64,000 bases of DNA from Gammaproteobacteria bacterium (GTDB taxonomy: Bacteria; Pseudomonadota; Gammaproteobacteria; Ga0077536): assembly GCA_963662545.2 (NCBI GenBank), contig CAXXLL010000002.1, positions 1,280,001-1,344,000 of the forward strand. The letters are read 5' to 3'. Below are positions 1 to 13,700 of this stretch, piece after piece. A program made the translations under genes and the position numbers. How positions within the stretch are numbered: the stretch's first letter is position 1; each line of letters opens with the position of its first letter. The notes below the pieces were generated by a model. It saw only the letters and a program-made list of their open reading frames with translations, was not told the DNA's origin and did not search any database.

Positions 1-1427
1 AGGCGGGCGAACTCAGAACTGATGATCTGGCGCCCTACGGCGCTCCGAAGGTCGCGCGCGAAGGCCCGCTTGCAGACATCCTCGCGCAGGTCCGCGAGCA
101 ACTCGACGACAGCTTCGACCAGGATCGCGGTGGCTGGGGACAGGCCAAGGTCCTGGAATATGCCGAACCCAGCTTGCAGCTTTTTCTGCGCGGCCACCTT
201 CATGATGACAAGATTTCCGAGCGCCGCGCGGTCAAAACCGCGCAGGGATTTCTCGCACAGATGGATTCGGTCTGGGGCGGTATGTTTTACGCGTCTTTCG
301 GGCGCTGGGACCAGGTCGTACGCGAATTGCGCCTGGAGAGTCAGGCGGCCGCCCTGCAGTTATTCGCCGATGCATTGCAGACGACCGGAGATGCTCGGTT
401 CGCCCGGGGACTCGACGGCATTCACCGGTATCTGACCGGCATGATGGCGTCGCCCCGCGGTACCTTTTATGCCAATCAGAAGGATGTCGTTGCTGGTTTG
501 TCCTCAGGTATGAGCGTCGACGACTACTACGAACTCGACGACGAAGGACGGCGGGTGATCGGTGTTCCGTTTATCGATCGCGCGGTCTATACCGATGTCA
601 ACGGCCGCGCCATCACCGGACTCGTACGCGCCTTCGAGGCGACCGGCGAGGCGCGCTACCTAGATACCGCCGTCCGCGCGGCCAAGGTCTTGGTCGACGA
701 GCGGCAGACCGATGACGGCTGGATGCTTCAGTTCGAAGCCGATCAGGATCTCCGCACCGTCAAGCGCGTGCGCCGGGTCGACGTAACAGGCTATCCCTAC
801 CTGCGCGCGCAGGCGCAATTCGGACTCGCCGCGCTGGCCTTATTCCAGGCGACGGGCGAGGAGTCGTGGCATGTTACGGCCAATCGCGTTGCTGACGGTT
901 TGAAAAAGACCTTGCTGGATACCGAACTCGGCGGCTTCTTCGGCGGTGCGGCGAGCGAGGTCGATGCCGTCGTTGGCCGCCGCAAGCCGCTCGAAGACAA
1001 CGCGGTGGCCGCGCGCTTTGTGTATCTACTGGGCGTGTTGAACAAGGATGACGATCTCAGAAACGAGGCCGAGCGCGCGATCCGCGCCGTTGCCTCACCC
1101 GAGATCGTCAGCCGTGAAGGACGCATTACCGGCAATCTTGCTGTCGCGCTCGAACTCATCACCAGCGGTTACGTCGAATTTTCAGTGGTCGGGGAGCCGG
1201 ACGATGCACGCGCGCAGGCCCTGATCGCGGCCGCCCGCAGCATCTACGAACCGCGCAAGGTCGTTCACTTCGAAAAGCCCGGCCGCTATCCGGATCGCGG
1301 CTACCCGGCGATGTATATCTGTAACGACGACCAGTGCTCGCTGCCGATATCGGATCCGACCACGGTTGCGACGCAGGCGCGGCAGTTCAAGCCGGCGGTG
1401 ATGCGGAAGGTCGCAGCGATGCGATAG
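1..1427 (+). CDS. YyaL/SSP411-like (DUF255 thioredoxin + six-hairpin glycosidase-like) protein, 5'-truncated by window edge
   Basis: Frame is open from position 3 (…FDQDRGGWGQAK…DSVWGG…). Later motifs YTDVNGRAITGL, YLRAQAQFGLAALALFQATGE and the C-terminal MYICNDDQCSLP resemble the YyaL family. Confidence 0.7.
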   Translation, partial: AGELRTDDLAPYGAPKVAREGPLADILAQVREQLDDSFDQDRGGWGQAKVLEYAEPSLQLFLRGHLHDDKISERRAVKTAQGFLAQMDSVWGGMFYASFGRWDQVVRELRLESQAAALQLFADALQTTGDARFARGLDGIHRYLTGMMASPRGTFYANQKDVVAGLSSGMSVDDYYELDDEGRRVIGVPFIDRAVYTDVNGRAITGLVRAFEATGEARYLDTAVRAAKVLVDERQTDDGWMLQFEADQDLRTVKRVRRVDVTGYPYLRAQAQFGLAALALFQATGEESWHVTANRVADGLKKTLLDTELGGFFGGAASEVDAVVGRRKPLEDNAVAARFVYLLGVLNKDDDLRNEAERAIRAVASPEIVSREGRITGNLAVALELITSGYVEFSVVGEPDDARAQALIAAARSIYEPRKVVHFEKPGRYPDRGYPAMYICNDDQCSLPISDPTTVATQARQFKPAVMRKVAAMR

Positions 1428-1451
1428 GTTTCAGTATGCAACCGGGCCGCG

Positions 1452-1517
1452 TTCGCCCGCAAGCGGGGCTCCTACAGTGGCTGGATCAAACTCCGTAGGA
1501 GCCCGCTTGCGGGCGAA
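1452..1517. repeat. GTAG-type REP doublet (REPIN-like), copy 1
   Basis: ttcgcccgcaagcggggctcctac … gtaggagcccgcttgcgggcgaa inverted pair between convergent genes. The same unit occurs at 29531 and 34773. Confidence 0.85.
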
Positions 1518-1529
1518 TATCTAGGTGTC

Positions 1530-2030
1530 TCACTCGCCCGCCACGACCTCGAATCCCGCGTGTTCGATGAGTGCGTCGGCTTCGCCGCCCGGCACCCAGA
1601 TCACGACGGCCCTGACCGGGACGTCGGATAAGACCGCATGCTTGACGCTATCGCCGGGTTTAACGAATCCCACTTCACCGGGCGCGAGCCGGTGGGCCTT
1701 GCCGTTGACTTCGTGGCCGAGCACGCCTTCAAGGACGTAGAAGATCTCGAGCGCGCCATGCTGATGCACGCCGCCTTCGCCGTAGGCGACGGGGAGAAAC
1801 AATTCGCCGACCTCGACCTTGTCGCGCCCGAGGTTGCTCGCATCGACCAGCATCTTGATCTTGACGCCCTCCAGGGCCAAGGTGCGCGTGCCCGTGCTGC
1901 GCGCGTCATACGCTGCGTTGCCGGCGGACGCACCGGCGTCATGCGTGTCCTCACCATGAGCCAGGCCGGACCCTGTGTGCAGAAGACATAAAAGCGCCGT
2001 CATGGTCAGGACTAATCGTTCATTGTGCAT
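1530..2030 (-). CDS. Secreted cupin-domain protein
   Basis: N-terminal signal peptide (…GSGLA-HG). Cupin motifs HQHGALEIFYVLEG and PGDSVKH. Confidence 0.8.
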   Translation of the reverse strand: MHNERLVLTMTALLCLLHTGSGLAHGEDTHDAGASAGNAAYDARSTGTRTLALEGVKIKMLVDASNLGRDKVEVGELFLPVAYGEGGVHQHGALEIFYVLEGVLGHEVNGKAHRLAPGEVGFVKPGDSVKHAVLSDVPVRAVVIWVPGGEADALIEHAGFEVVAGE

Positions 2031-2063
2031 GGTGGTTAAAACCCCTCTGTGGATTGATTGACT

Positions 2064-2810
2064 TCATTGCCGGGTCCCGGCCTTGTCGCCGGAATCACCC
2101 CAGATGTCGCCGAGCCACGACGGGACCGCGCCCAGTGCGTCGCGAAAGCCATCGAGGTCGTAATGCCCGTTCGCGTCGACCCGGGTCAGGCGTACCGGAC
2201 AACCACTAGCCTGTAGGTCGGCGACCAAGGATTCCAGGCGCGTCATCTCGAACAACTCGTCGCTTGCCGTATGAAAAGTGGAGATCGGCACGGTGCAAGC
2301 GAGGTCGCCGTTGGGGAAGCCCGATACAGGAACCGCCGCCGAGAACATCTCGGGGTAGTGCGTGACGTAATGCCAGGCGCCGATCGCGCCCATGCTGTAG
2401 CCGGTGACGATGATGCGCGCGCTATCGACATCGTAGGTTTTAATCAGCGTGTCGATGAGACGCATGACAAAGGCTTCGTTTTCTTCAGTGTGCCACTGCC
2501 CGTTGATCGATTCGGGCGCGACATAGACGGCGTGGAGGGGGCGGAAGGCCGGTTCGACCAGTTCTTCGAGCAGCGGGCGTCCGTAGAATCGCGTCGGCGT
2601 GCCCGCGTAATGCAGGACGAGGACGAGAGGCAGTCCCAGGCCGCTGCGAGGCTCGGGTAGCGATAGCGTGAATCGAGCCGTGCGGCCGCCGTCCAGTTTG
2701 GATTCCACATCGTAGATGCCGGGCGCGGACGGGAGAGCGCGATCGGCCCCGTCGCCGTGGGCGATGCCGGAGATCAGCCACAACATGAGGGTTATCTTAA
2801 GCGGCATCAT
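2064..2810 (-). CDS. Secreted alpha/beta hydrolase (predicted peptidase/esterase)
   Basis: Signal peptide, nucleophile elbow TGYSMG, FHTASDE, C-terminal NGH. Confidence 0.8.
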   Translation of the reverse strand: MMPLKITLMLWLISGIAHGDGADRALPSAPGIYDVESKLDGGRTARFTLSLPEPRSGLGLPLVLVLHYAGTPTRFYGRPLLEELVEPAFRPLHAVYVAPESINGQWHTEENEAFVMRLIDTLIKTYDVDSARIIVTGYSMGAIGAWHYVTHYPEMFSAAVPVSGFPNGDLACTVPISTFHTASDELFEMTRLESLVADLQASGCPVRLTRVDANGHYDLDGFRDALGAVPSWLGDIWGDSGDKAGTRQ

Positions 2811-3061
2811 TGATACGGCGATAAGTTATTGTTGAGAAAGAATAAATTACAATAATCCAAGTCCGACAAAGCGCTCGCTCGGCGCTCGTGCAACTGCCTG
2901 CGATCGGCGTAGTATTCAATCAGACCTCCGAGGACGCCCGCCGCTTCGACCGAGCCCAAACGTCGTGCGGGCGGCATATAAAAGAATAATGTCAGGATTT
3001 TACAATAAGCCCTTATAAACTATAATAAAATCCCGTCGAGGTTCGTCATCGCTACAGGGGA

Positions 3062-4641
3062 ATGGGGACGATTTTCAAAAGTACGCTACGGGTCTTTTTG
3101 ATCGGGGTCATCGCGCTTGCGGCGTGGGCCGAAGAGATCCCCGTCGTGCGCTTCACGGTCAGCGGCTTTCAGGTGACTGGCGAAAACCCCGTCGACGCCG
3201 CCGAAACCGAACGCATTCTCGCCGAGTACACGGGCGAGTACGCGGGCCTCGACGGGTTGCTCGCGGTCGTCGACGCCTTCCAGTCCGAACTCAATGCACG
3301 CGGCTTCGCCTTTCGCCGCGTGATCCTGCCGCCGCAGACCCTCGACGGCGGGATCGTGACCCTGAAGATCGTGCTGATCAAGCTCGCCAGCGTCACCGTC
3401 GCCGGCGCCGAGCATTTCTCCGAAGCCAATATCTTGCGCAGCGTGCCGGCGCTCCGCCCGGATCTCTCGCCGGACCAGGACCTTTTGAGCGGCAGCCTCG
3501 AACTCGCCAACCGGCACCCCTCAAGCAGGTTTCGGTGCGCCTGCGCGAGAGCGAGCAGGTCGACGCCGTGGACGCCATCATCGACGTCCAGGATCGGCGC
3601 CCGTGGCAGTTGTTCACCTTGCTCAACAACATCGGTACGCGCGACACCGGGCGCACACGGGTTACTTTCGGCGCCCAGCACAGCAACCTGTTCGATCGGG
3701 ATCACAGCCTGGTGGTGTCGTACACGACCTCGCCGGAAAACCAGAAGGACGTCATGCAGGCGGGCGCGAGCTACGATCTACCGCTGTATTTCGCGCGCAG
3801 CAAGCTGTCCGCGTTCTTTTCGGAATCCGACGTCAGCGTCGGCGAGGTCAGCGGTTTCGACATCAGCGGTGCGGGCCGCTTCTGGGGCGTGTCACTGACG
3901 CGCCTGCTGAAGCGCCGCGGCAGCTATTCGCACGAATGGCGGCTCGGGATCCAGGACCGGTTCTTCGAAAACGACGTCAATTTCATCGCCGCCGGCACCC
4001 GTGTGCCGCTCGGCGTCAACGTGCGCAGCTACCCGGTCACGGTGGGCTACAGCGGGCAATACGAAACAAGTACCTGGAACATCGGCTTCAACGTCGATTA
4101 CTCGCGCAACCTCGGCTTTGGCGACCGCAACAACGATGCAATCTATGAAGTCTCGCGCGCTGGCGCGAGCTCCGGCTGGGACGCGCTCCGCTTCGATGCA
4201 GCGGTGAACTATTTTTTGCCCTGGGACCTGCTCGCCCGGTTCGAGGTCAACGGGCAGTGGTCGAACGAACCCTTGATCGCCGGCGAGCAGTTCGGCCTGG
4301 GTGGGGCGCGCTCGATCCGCGGATTGGACGAACGGGTGGTGCTGGGGGACAGCGGCTTTCGCCTGGGTACGGAGATCTGGTCGCCGCCGATCCCCTACGC
4401 CTTGGGATTGCGGCTGCTGGGATTCGTCGACCTGGGTTTCATCGACCGCGCCGAGGCACTGCCGGGTGAAGTGGAATCGGACACGGTGTCGAGCGCGGGC
4501 TTGGGGCTGCGCTGGCAATGGCGCGGACTGAGCGTGAACCTGGATTACGGCCATACGCTGGCCGAGGGCGAAGGCCTGACGGCGCTGGCGGACGACAGCT
4601 ATGGCGTGCGCTGGCATTTCAATGTTTTTTACACTTTTTAA
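3062..4641 (+). CDS. ShlB/FhaC/HecB-family two-partner secretion outer-membrane transporter (TpsB), 1-nt frameshift near 3517-3520
   Basis: ORF 3062 gives the signal peptide and POTRA domains (F.VTGEN…V.LPPQ.L.GG.V). The reading continues in ORF 3124-4641 after RHP (LKQVSVRL…NNIGTRDTGRTR…EQFGLGGARSIRGL…YTF), including the Omp85 VRGF-like motif and a terminal Phe. Confidence 0.9.
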
Positions 4642-4759
4642 CATTTGCTCAACATCTGCGCGCAATGGTTCGCAGTTGGGCACGCACAAAACGGTAGAAT
4701 TGGCCAGCAATAAGAACAATTTAGGCTCCCGCACCGTGACACCTAGGGAGGGTGTGTAC

Positions 4760-7700
4760 TTGCGACGAACGGCAAGTCTCTACGGCCTCATCCTCGGCTT
4801 GCTCGTCGGGTCGCCGGCGCTCGCCAATCCGCAGGGGGGCGTCGCGGTGCACGGCCAGGTATCGGGGCTGCCCGCGCCCGGTGTCAACGTCCCGAACCTG
4901 CGCATCACCAACTCCCCGAGTTCGATCATCAACTGGCAGTCGTTCGGCATTCGTCCGGGCGAGATCACCCAGTTCATCCAGCAGAGCGCGCAGTCGGCCG
5001 TTCTGAATCGCGTGGTCGGCGGGAACCTCTCGCAACTCATGGGTCAATTGAAATCGAACGGCCGCGTGTTCCTGCTCAATCCGAACGGCATCATCGTCGG
5101 GCAGGGCGCGGTGATCAATACGGCCCGTTTCATCGCCTCGACCCTCGACATGACCGACGAGGATTTCATCGCCGGCAAACTGCGGTTCACGGGTGACGGC
5201 AATTCCGGTTCCATCGAGAACCGGGGATTCATCAAGGCGAACGACCAGGGCGACATCCTCCTGGTTGCGCCGTCCATTCGTAACGAAGGCACACTCTCGA
5301 CCGACGGCGGTCGGCTGATTCTGGCAGCCGGAGAATCGGTCACGATCACAAGCCTCGACGACGTCAAGGTGCAGTTCGAGATCCAGGCGCCCGACAACGA
5401 GGTCGTCAATCTTGGGGAGATGATCACTTCGGGCGGTGCCGCTGCGGTATTCGCCGGCACAATTCGCAACAGCGGAACCGTCAATGCGAACAGCATCGCC
5501 GTCGACTCGCAAGGTCGCATCCAGCTGGTAGCGAAATCCGATCTCACGCTCGAACAAAGTTCGGTCCTCACGGCGGATGGCCCCGCGGGCGGTGTTATCG
5601 AAGTCGTAAGTGCGGAGGCGACGACTATCGTCCGTGGCGAGCTCTCGGCCGAGGGGGCTGCTGACGTGGGCGGACGCATCCATTTGCTGGGCGATCGCGT
5701 CGGCGTTGGTGCCGGTACGGAAATTTCAGTAGTTGGCGAAACGGGAGGCGGTGAAATTCTCGTCGGTGGTGACTATCAGGGTGTGGGCGATACACCCACC
5801 GCGAGTCAAACCTTTGTCGGGCCCGACGCGATATTGCAAGCCGATGCAGCCGCAAGTGGTGATGGGGGCAAGATCATCGTCTGGGCGGACGAGGCGACGC
5901 GCTTCTACGGTCAGGCAAGTGCGCGCGGCGGTGAAGAATCGGGTGATGGTGGCTTCGTCGAGATCTCCGGTAAGCACCATCTGAAATTCGAGGGCGAGGT
6001 TGATACCACGGCGGCGAATGGACAAACGGGCACCCTGCTGCTGGATCCCGACGACATCGTCATCCACAACGGCGGCGGCCAGCTCGATGACGGCGAGATC
6101 GGTTTCGCCGACGGCCTGATCGACTTCGCCGACGGCGGCTCCGTGACCTTCGATATCTCGGAGCTCGCGGTCGAAGGTATCGGCTCAGCGACGAACGTGA
6201 TTTTTCGCGCCAACAACAGCATCACGATCAATTCCTTGACGAGCGACGGCGTGCTCAGCCTGGACCAGACGACCACGGTGACCTTCGAGACGGGCGCCGG
6301 CGGTTTCACGATGAGCAGTTTCGATGAGATCGACCTGACCGGAGGCGCGTCACTGACCATTGACGCCACCGCGGGCACTGGCTCTGGTGGCGTGACGATC
6401 GGGAGCATCACGACGACATCGTTCGGCGCGGTCGATATTACCGGAACCTCGATCCAGATCGACGGCGCCGTCATCACCGATTCCGGGGCCATCACTTTCA
6501 CCGCCACGGCGGGCGACATCAATCTAGACACGGTCAATACAAACACGGGCGCTATCATCATCAACGCATTGTCCGATATCAACGTGGCCGCCGATCTTAG
6601 GGTCACGACCAGTACGGGATCGATCAATCTCGACGCTGATACCGACGGAGACGGGACCGGTACGCTGACGGTTCAAGACGGTGCGACGCTCAGCAAGGCG
6701 GGGCTCGGGGTTCTGACCATCACCGCGGCCGATATCGATTTGCAGACGACGGGCGCCATTGATGCCGACCAGGGTCAGATTCAAATATTCGCGACGAACA
6801 ACGGCAACATATCGGTCGGCACTTCGACTTCGAGTTGCGGTGGCGCCTGCGAGATGATCATCGACGCATCCGAACTGAGCCGTATAACGATCGCCAACCC
6901 CGGACTGTCGATGACGGTCGGTGACAACACGCATGCAGGCATCTTCGTCGGTCCGATTACGGAGCCGCAGAGCAACGGTATTACCGGAGGCATATTCATT
7001 CAATCAGGCGGCAGCGTTACGTTCGAGGGCGTAGCGACCTTTAACGAGCTATCCGCATTCGCGGACCAGGGGGTTTTTGTCAACTTCGATCTGGACACCG
7101 ATGCCGGCAGCCTGGCGCTCGATGGAGATAACGATCTTGTCGGAGGACACGTCATCAGCGTCGCCGACGGTGTGACTATCGCCTCACGCAGCCTGGGCGG
7201 GTTCATCAACCTCGTGAGCGCTACGGATGTCGCCGCGGGCGCAGCGGGTGCCACCTTTATCTCGGACGGCACCATTCAGATCAGCGGCGATTTCGATAGT
7301 ACGGGGCAGACAGGATTCCTCACCTTCTCACTGGACGACGATGATAATGGCGCAGGTAATTTCAACGCCATCGGCGGCGCGAATCTGACGTTCGGCGCAG
7401 CCGAAGTCGTGATTATCGCCGACGACATCGTGATCGGGGCGGCGGGGTCGCTGTCCGGCACCAACCGTTTGAAGTTCGAACCCGCGGACATGGTGACCTC
7501 GATCGGCGTGGGGCAGGCAGGCGACATGACCATCGACGCGACTGAAATTGGATTGATCGCCGACGGATTTGCGGTTGGGTGGTCGATTGGCGTCGGCGGG
7601 TACACGGGTTCAATCGATATCGGCACGGTCAGCTTCAGCGATCCGATCGAGTTTCTCGCAACCGGGGCCGGTGGCAGCATCTCGGTGAACGGTACCTTGA

Positions 7701-10700
7701 CCGGTACCGACGATGCGGAGTTTTTACTGGATGGGCCCGGCGCGACGACGACACTGGCGGGCAATATCCTGACATTCGGTAACGCGATTACCATCAGCGA
7801 CAACGTAGTCTTAAATAGCGCTAGCGTAACGCTCGACACCACGAATGGCGGTAACGCGGGCGGCGCTACCATCACGATCACCGGCACCGTCGACGACACG
7901 GGCGTCGGCGCGAGCAGCCTGACCTTAAACGGCGGCACGAGCGGCACGGTCGATCTGCAGGGGGACGTCGGCGGTGTTACGCCCAACAATCTGTTCACCA
8001 TTGCGGACGCGGGACAGGTCTTCCTGCCGAACGTGACCGCCAACGGCACGATCAACGTCAGCGGCGTAAACATCGATCTCCTCGGAACGACCTATACCAG
8101 CACGACCGACCAGGTTCTCTTCGCGAACGTTGCGACCGTGGACGTGCTCGCCAATGCCACCATCACGGCCGGCGCGAACAACATCGCGGCCGGTACGGTC
8201 AACATCAGCGGTAACACCCTGACCCTGGCTTCAAATGCCGGCATCGAGACCATCAACCTCACCGGCAGCACCCTCTTCGCGCCCGGGATGGTGAATGTGA
8301 CGACGCTGAACTGGAGCGGTATCAGCGAAATCGACGGCGCCGGTACGGGTGCCTTTCAAGTATTGGGTACGACGACGGTGACCGGATCGAGCACCGTGAC
8401 CTTGGACCAGGTGACCTTCCAGAATCCCGGGACGTTTAACTACAACGCGGGCTCCAGCATCTTGACGCTCTCGACCGGCGCGGAGCTCCTGAACCTGAAC
8501 ATATTCAATTTCGTGAGCGGCGCGGGCGTCCTAGCGGGCGCCGGCAGTGGCGTTTTCTTCAATGACGGCGGCACCGTAAATCTCAGCGCGCCATCGCAGA
8601 TCGACACGGCATTCGACAACGACGGCGGTACGGTGGAGCTGGGGACCAGCAACCTGACGGTAACCTCGGGCGGCATCTATGACGGCAGTTTGACTGTCAA
8701 CAGCGCGGGTAGCACCGAGCTGTTTATGATCGGAGGCACCTACCAGTTCAATGCCGGAACGTCGATCGACGGTACGGGCGCGCTGAATTTCGACACCGGC
8801 ACTTGGGATGTCCAAGCAGGTACGTTGACCTTGAACAGCGTCTTGAACTGGACCGCGCCCAGTACCATTGACGGCGGCGGCGTGGGAACTTTCGCTATTG
8901 CCAGTGGGGGTGTGATCAACTTTACCGTTGCCGGACTCACCGCGGCCTCACCGTTCGAGAACATTACCGTCAGTAACGCCGGCACCTTTAACTACAATCC
9001 TGCTACGGCGAGTGCCCTGACCTTGCGTAACGGGGCCATATTCAACAACGAGGTGGGGGGGATCTTCGATTTCCAGGCAGATTTCGTCGTGGTATCGAAC
9101 GCCGGGGTCGGTACGTTCAACAACTTGGGTACCGTGCAAAAGACGGGTGGAGCCGGTACGTCCGGTTTCGTTAGTACAACCGGCACCATGGTCTTCAATA
9201 ACCCCAGCGGGCTGATCGACGTCGACACCGGTCTAATCCAAGTCAATAACAACTTCATCAATGGCGGCACCATCGATGTCGCTTTAGGCACCGAGTTCGA
9301 AGTGACGGGCACGTTCACGAACTCGGCTAGCGGCATCATCCTCGGGATCGGAACCGTCGATCCGGCTGGCGGGGGGAATACGTTATTGAATTCCGGAATA
9401 ATCAGTCCCGGAGTATCACCCGGTATCCTGACCGTCGCCGGCAACGTCACGTTCAGTAACGGCGGTCAGTTCGACGTCGAGTTGGCAGGTTCGGGCAATG
9501 TCGCCGGAACGGATTACGATCAACTCGTCGCCACCGGTACGGTCACAATCGATCCCGGCGCAATCTTGAACCTGATGACGTTCGGCGGCTACACGGGCGT
9601 AACGAACGACATTTTCACTGACATCATCGATGCCACGGGCGCGCTCAATGGCGAGTTCGACACCGTTCTTCAGCCCGGAACCCTCATCGCCCAAACAACT
9701 TATGTCGTAGGAGCGCCGGGAGATTTGACACTCGACGTGCTGGGCACGGGCACCGTTAACCAATGGACCAACCCAGCGAGCGGCAGCTTCAACCTGGGCG
9801 GCAACTGGAGCCTCCTATCCGTGCCTGACACTGGCGAACTCGCCTTCATTGGTATCGGCGGGATTACGGTGTCAAACAGCGGCACAGTTACTGTTGACGA
9901 GCTGTCGCTGGTTTCAAGTTCGACGCTCCAACTCTTGGGCGGCAGCATCACCATAAGCAACGATTCCGTCCTGGATGGCGTTCTCTTGATGAACGGTGGC
10001 GATTTGATCGGGCCACCTAATCTAACCGTCAACGGGCTCCTCGACTGGCGCCAGGGCACGATGTCGGGCGCCGGTACGACGTTCGCGAACGGTGGCATTA
10101 CGGTAACGACGAACAGCGGCAGCCGCCGTTTGAACGGCCGGGACTTGGACAGCACGGCGACGTTCATCCTGGGCCAGATGACGAACTTCACGATCAACGG
10201 CGGGGCGACCTTGGACCAGTCGGGCGGGATCTTCGATCTACGCGGCAACAGCTCAATCAATACGAACACCACCGGCAACGTGGTGAGTTCGGTGCCGGTG
10301 CAGAAGACAGGCAGCTTCAACACCAGTATTTCGACGACGAACTTTACCAACACGGGCGACATTAACGTCAATGTGGATGATCTCGTGCTGACCACCACCG
10401 GTACGCACCTCGAGACGAATGTCACGGCGACGGTGGCGGACGGTACGACGCTGGACATACGGTCATCAACAACGGGGACGTACAACAACTTCGATGTCGT
10501 GTTGGTTGGCGCGGGTTCGACATTCGAGATGGGCGGTACCACCGCCACGCAGACCTACGATGCGGCGAGCAGCATCACGGGTCCAGGCGATGTCATCATC
10601 GCCGCGTCGGGTACGCTGAACTTCCTGGGCCCGACGACGTTTTCGGGGAATTTGAGTCATACGGGTGGAGGGACCACGACGTTTGCGCAACCGGTGAACG

Positions 10701-13700
10701 TGGCGGATTTAACGGTCGGGTTCGGCATCCTGCACCTGGATGGCGCGGGGAACATGGCGGGGACGGGAACCTTGAGCGGAGGCACCCTGACTGGCCTGGG
10801 CGACGTGACCTACTCGGGGTTGTTAGCCTGGTTGGAGGGGACGATGGAGACGACGGGAGCAGCCAAGACGTTCGCGAACGGTGGCATTACGGTAACGACG
10901 AACAGCGGCAGCCGCCGTTTGAACGGCCGGGACTTGGACAGCACGGCGACGTTCATCCTGGGTCAGATGACGAACTTCACGATCAACGGCGGGGCGACCT
11001 TGGACCAGTCGGGCGGGATCTTCGATCTACGCGGCAACAGCTCAATCAATACGAACACCACCGGCAACGTGGTGAGTTCGGTGCCGGTGCAGAAGACAGG
11101 CAGCTTCAGCACCAGCATCGCGACGACGACGTTTACCAATAGCGGCAATATCAACGTCAACACGGGCACCCTGTTCATTTCCCCGAATTTCATCAATACG
11201 GCAACGGCCACAATCGCAAGCGGAACGACGCTCACCTTTGCTGGTACGACGAGTTCGAATGCGGCATCGGGGACCATCCAGGGTACAGGAACACTCAACG
11301 TTTCGAGCACCGCGTTCACGAATAACGGCGTGCTTGGACCGGGCACATCGCCGGGCATCTTCAACATCAACGGTAACGCTACCTTAGCAAACGGCAGTCA
11401 GCTCAACATCGAATTGGCCGGTTCCAGCAACGTCGCCGGTACCGACTTCGACCAGCTCGTCGTCATGGGCACGCTCACTATCGATCCAGGCGCAATACTG
11501 AACCTGACGACCTTCGGCGGCTACACGGGTGTCGTCAGCGACACCTTCACCGACGTCATCGACGCAACCGGCGCGCTGAACGGCGAGTTCGATACGGTAT
11601 TGATGCCGGCGACGCTGATCGCCCAGTCCACCTACGTCGTTGGCGGGCCCGGCGACCTGTCGCTGCTCGTCACTTCGACCGGCACCATCAATCAATGGAC
11701 AAACCCCGCCAGCGGCGCCTTCGACGTGGGCGGTAACTGGAGCCTTGGCGTGCCGAGCGGGACCCACGAGACCGTCATCGGCATCGGCGGTATCACGGTG
11801 ACGCACGGGCTCGCGGTCGCAGACACGGTGTTGTCGCTGTCGCTGGTCGGTTCGTCAACTTTTGCGTTGACTGCCGGCAGCCTCACGATCAACACCAATT
11901 CGATCCTCGACGGCAATCTCTCGATATCCGGCGGCGCGACCTTGCTCGGCGCCGGCGACGTGACCGTAAACGGAACCTTTAATGCGAACACCACGAGCAT
12001 CATCGGCACCGGCACCGAAAAATTCATTACTAACGGAACGAGCAACATCAGTGGTGCTTTCGGGCTCGACTTAAGGCCCTGGGATAACTTCGGTACCGTA
12101 AATTGGACGGCTGGGGATATTACCCTGGCGTTCGGTGCCTCGTCGGTATTCACCAACGAGGCCGGCGGGATTTTCAACATCAACACCGGTTTGAGTAGCG
12201 AAGACATCAACGGCGCGGGCAGTTTCGTCAACGATGGCGTGGTCAACAAGAACAGTAATCTGACGACGTCGTTCAACGTCCCGGTGACCAACACCAACGC
12301 CTTCAACCTCACGATGGCCCAGGTCAGTCTGCGTCAGACGAGTAGTAACACCGGCACGTTCTCGCTCTCGGGCGGCACGACCTTGGCAGTGGCGAATGCT
12401 TCGACCTTGAACCTGAATCTGAATACGGCGGTGATGGGGACGGGCACGGTGCTGGTGGAGCCTGGCACCACCTTGAGCGTGAACGTACCGGTGGCGATGG
12501 CGACGGGGTTCAACGTCCCGGTGACCAACACCAACGCCTTCAACCTCACGATGATCCTGACGAATGACGGCACGATAGCGAATGCCGAGAACCTGACCAT
12601 TCCGAACACCTTCAATCTGGACGGCGGGTGAGTGGCGATGCGGTGACGGGGACGGGCACGTTCACGACGCCGGCGACGAGTACGACGACGCTGAATGGTG
12701 GCACCAACACGCTGGGCGCGGGTCTGGCGTGGGACAGTTTCGGGCTGGTGAACTGGACGGCGGGTGATTTCACGCTGAGCGATGCGGGGTCGGTATTCAC
12801 GGTGGAGGCGGGTGCGCCGAGTATCTTCAACATCAACACCGGTTTGAGTAGCGAAGACATCAACGGCGCGGGCAGTTTCGTCAACGATGGCCACAAGCAG
12901 TAATGGGGACAAGTCGTTCAACGATCCCGTGACAACACAACACGTCTTCAATGTTCCATTCACCAATACCGGCACCGTTGTCGTCCAAAACGGCACGCAG
13001 CTCCATAACGTTTCACATATCCAGACCGCTGGCATCACCCTGCTTATCGGCGGTTCGATCGCGGGAACGGCCGCGCTCAATATCGATGGCGGTGTGCTTC
13101 AGGGCGGGGGCATTGGCAACATCAGCACCAATATCAACATCAACAGCGGCGGTGCCTTGGGTCCGGGTTTGTCGCTCGATACGATGAACGTGACGGGCAA
13201 TGTCGTGTTCAACAACGGCGGCGCTTATAACGTGGAAGTGGCCGCTGGACTTGCGTCTGACGTACTCAACGTAACGGGTAGCGTTACCATCAACGCGGGC
13301 GCGATCCTGAACGTTTCGGCCTTCGGCGGCTATACCGGCGTGGTGTCGGATAATTTCACCGGCGTCATCGCTACGACCGGCGCGTTGAACGGTACGTTCA
13401 CCACGATCAACCAGGATCCGGGTTTTAACGTGGCACCTTCGTACACTGTCGGCGGCCCGGGCGATCTGTCACTGCTCGTATCCGGCTTTACGAATATCTG
13501 GATCGGGCCGCTGGGCGGCGGATTATGGAGCGTGCCTGGAAACTGGTCTCTCATCGCGGTTCCGATCGCCTCGCACGACGTCCTGTTCAACACGGCTGCG
13601 AACGTCAACCAGAATATCGGCGGCACCATCAATTCCATCAACACCATCGCCGGATCAACGCTGACCAATACCAGCGGTACGCTGACGATCAATAGCAATT

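Noticed and set aside
4601-4759. ORF-track start of TpsA at 4601
   Set aside because: It overlaps the tpsB 3' end. The RBS and signal peptide favour TTG 4760.
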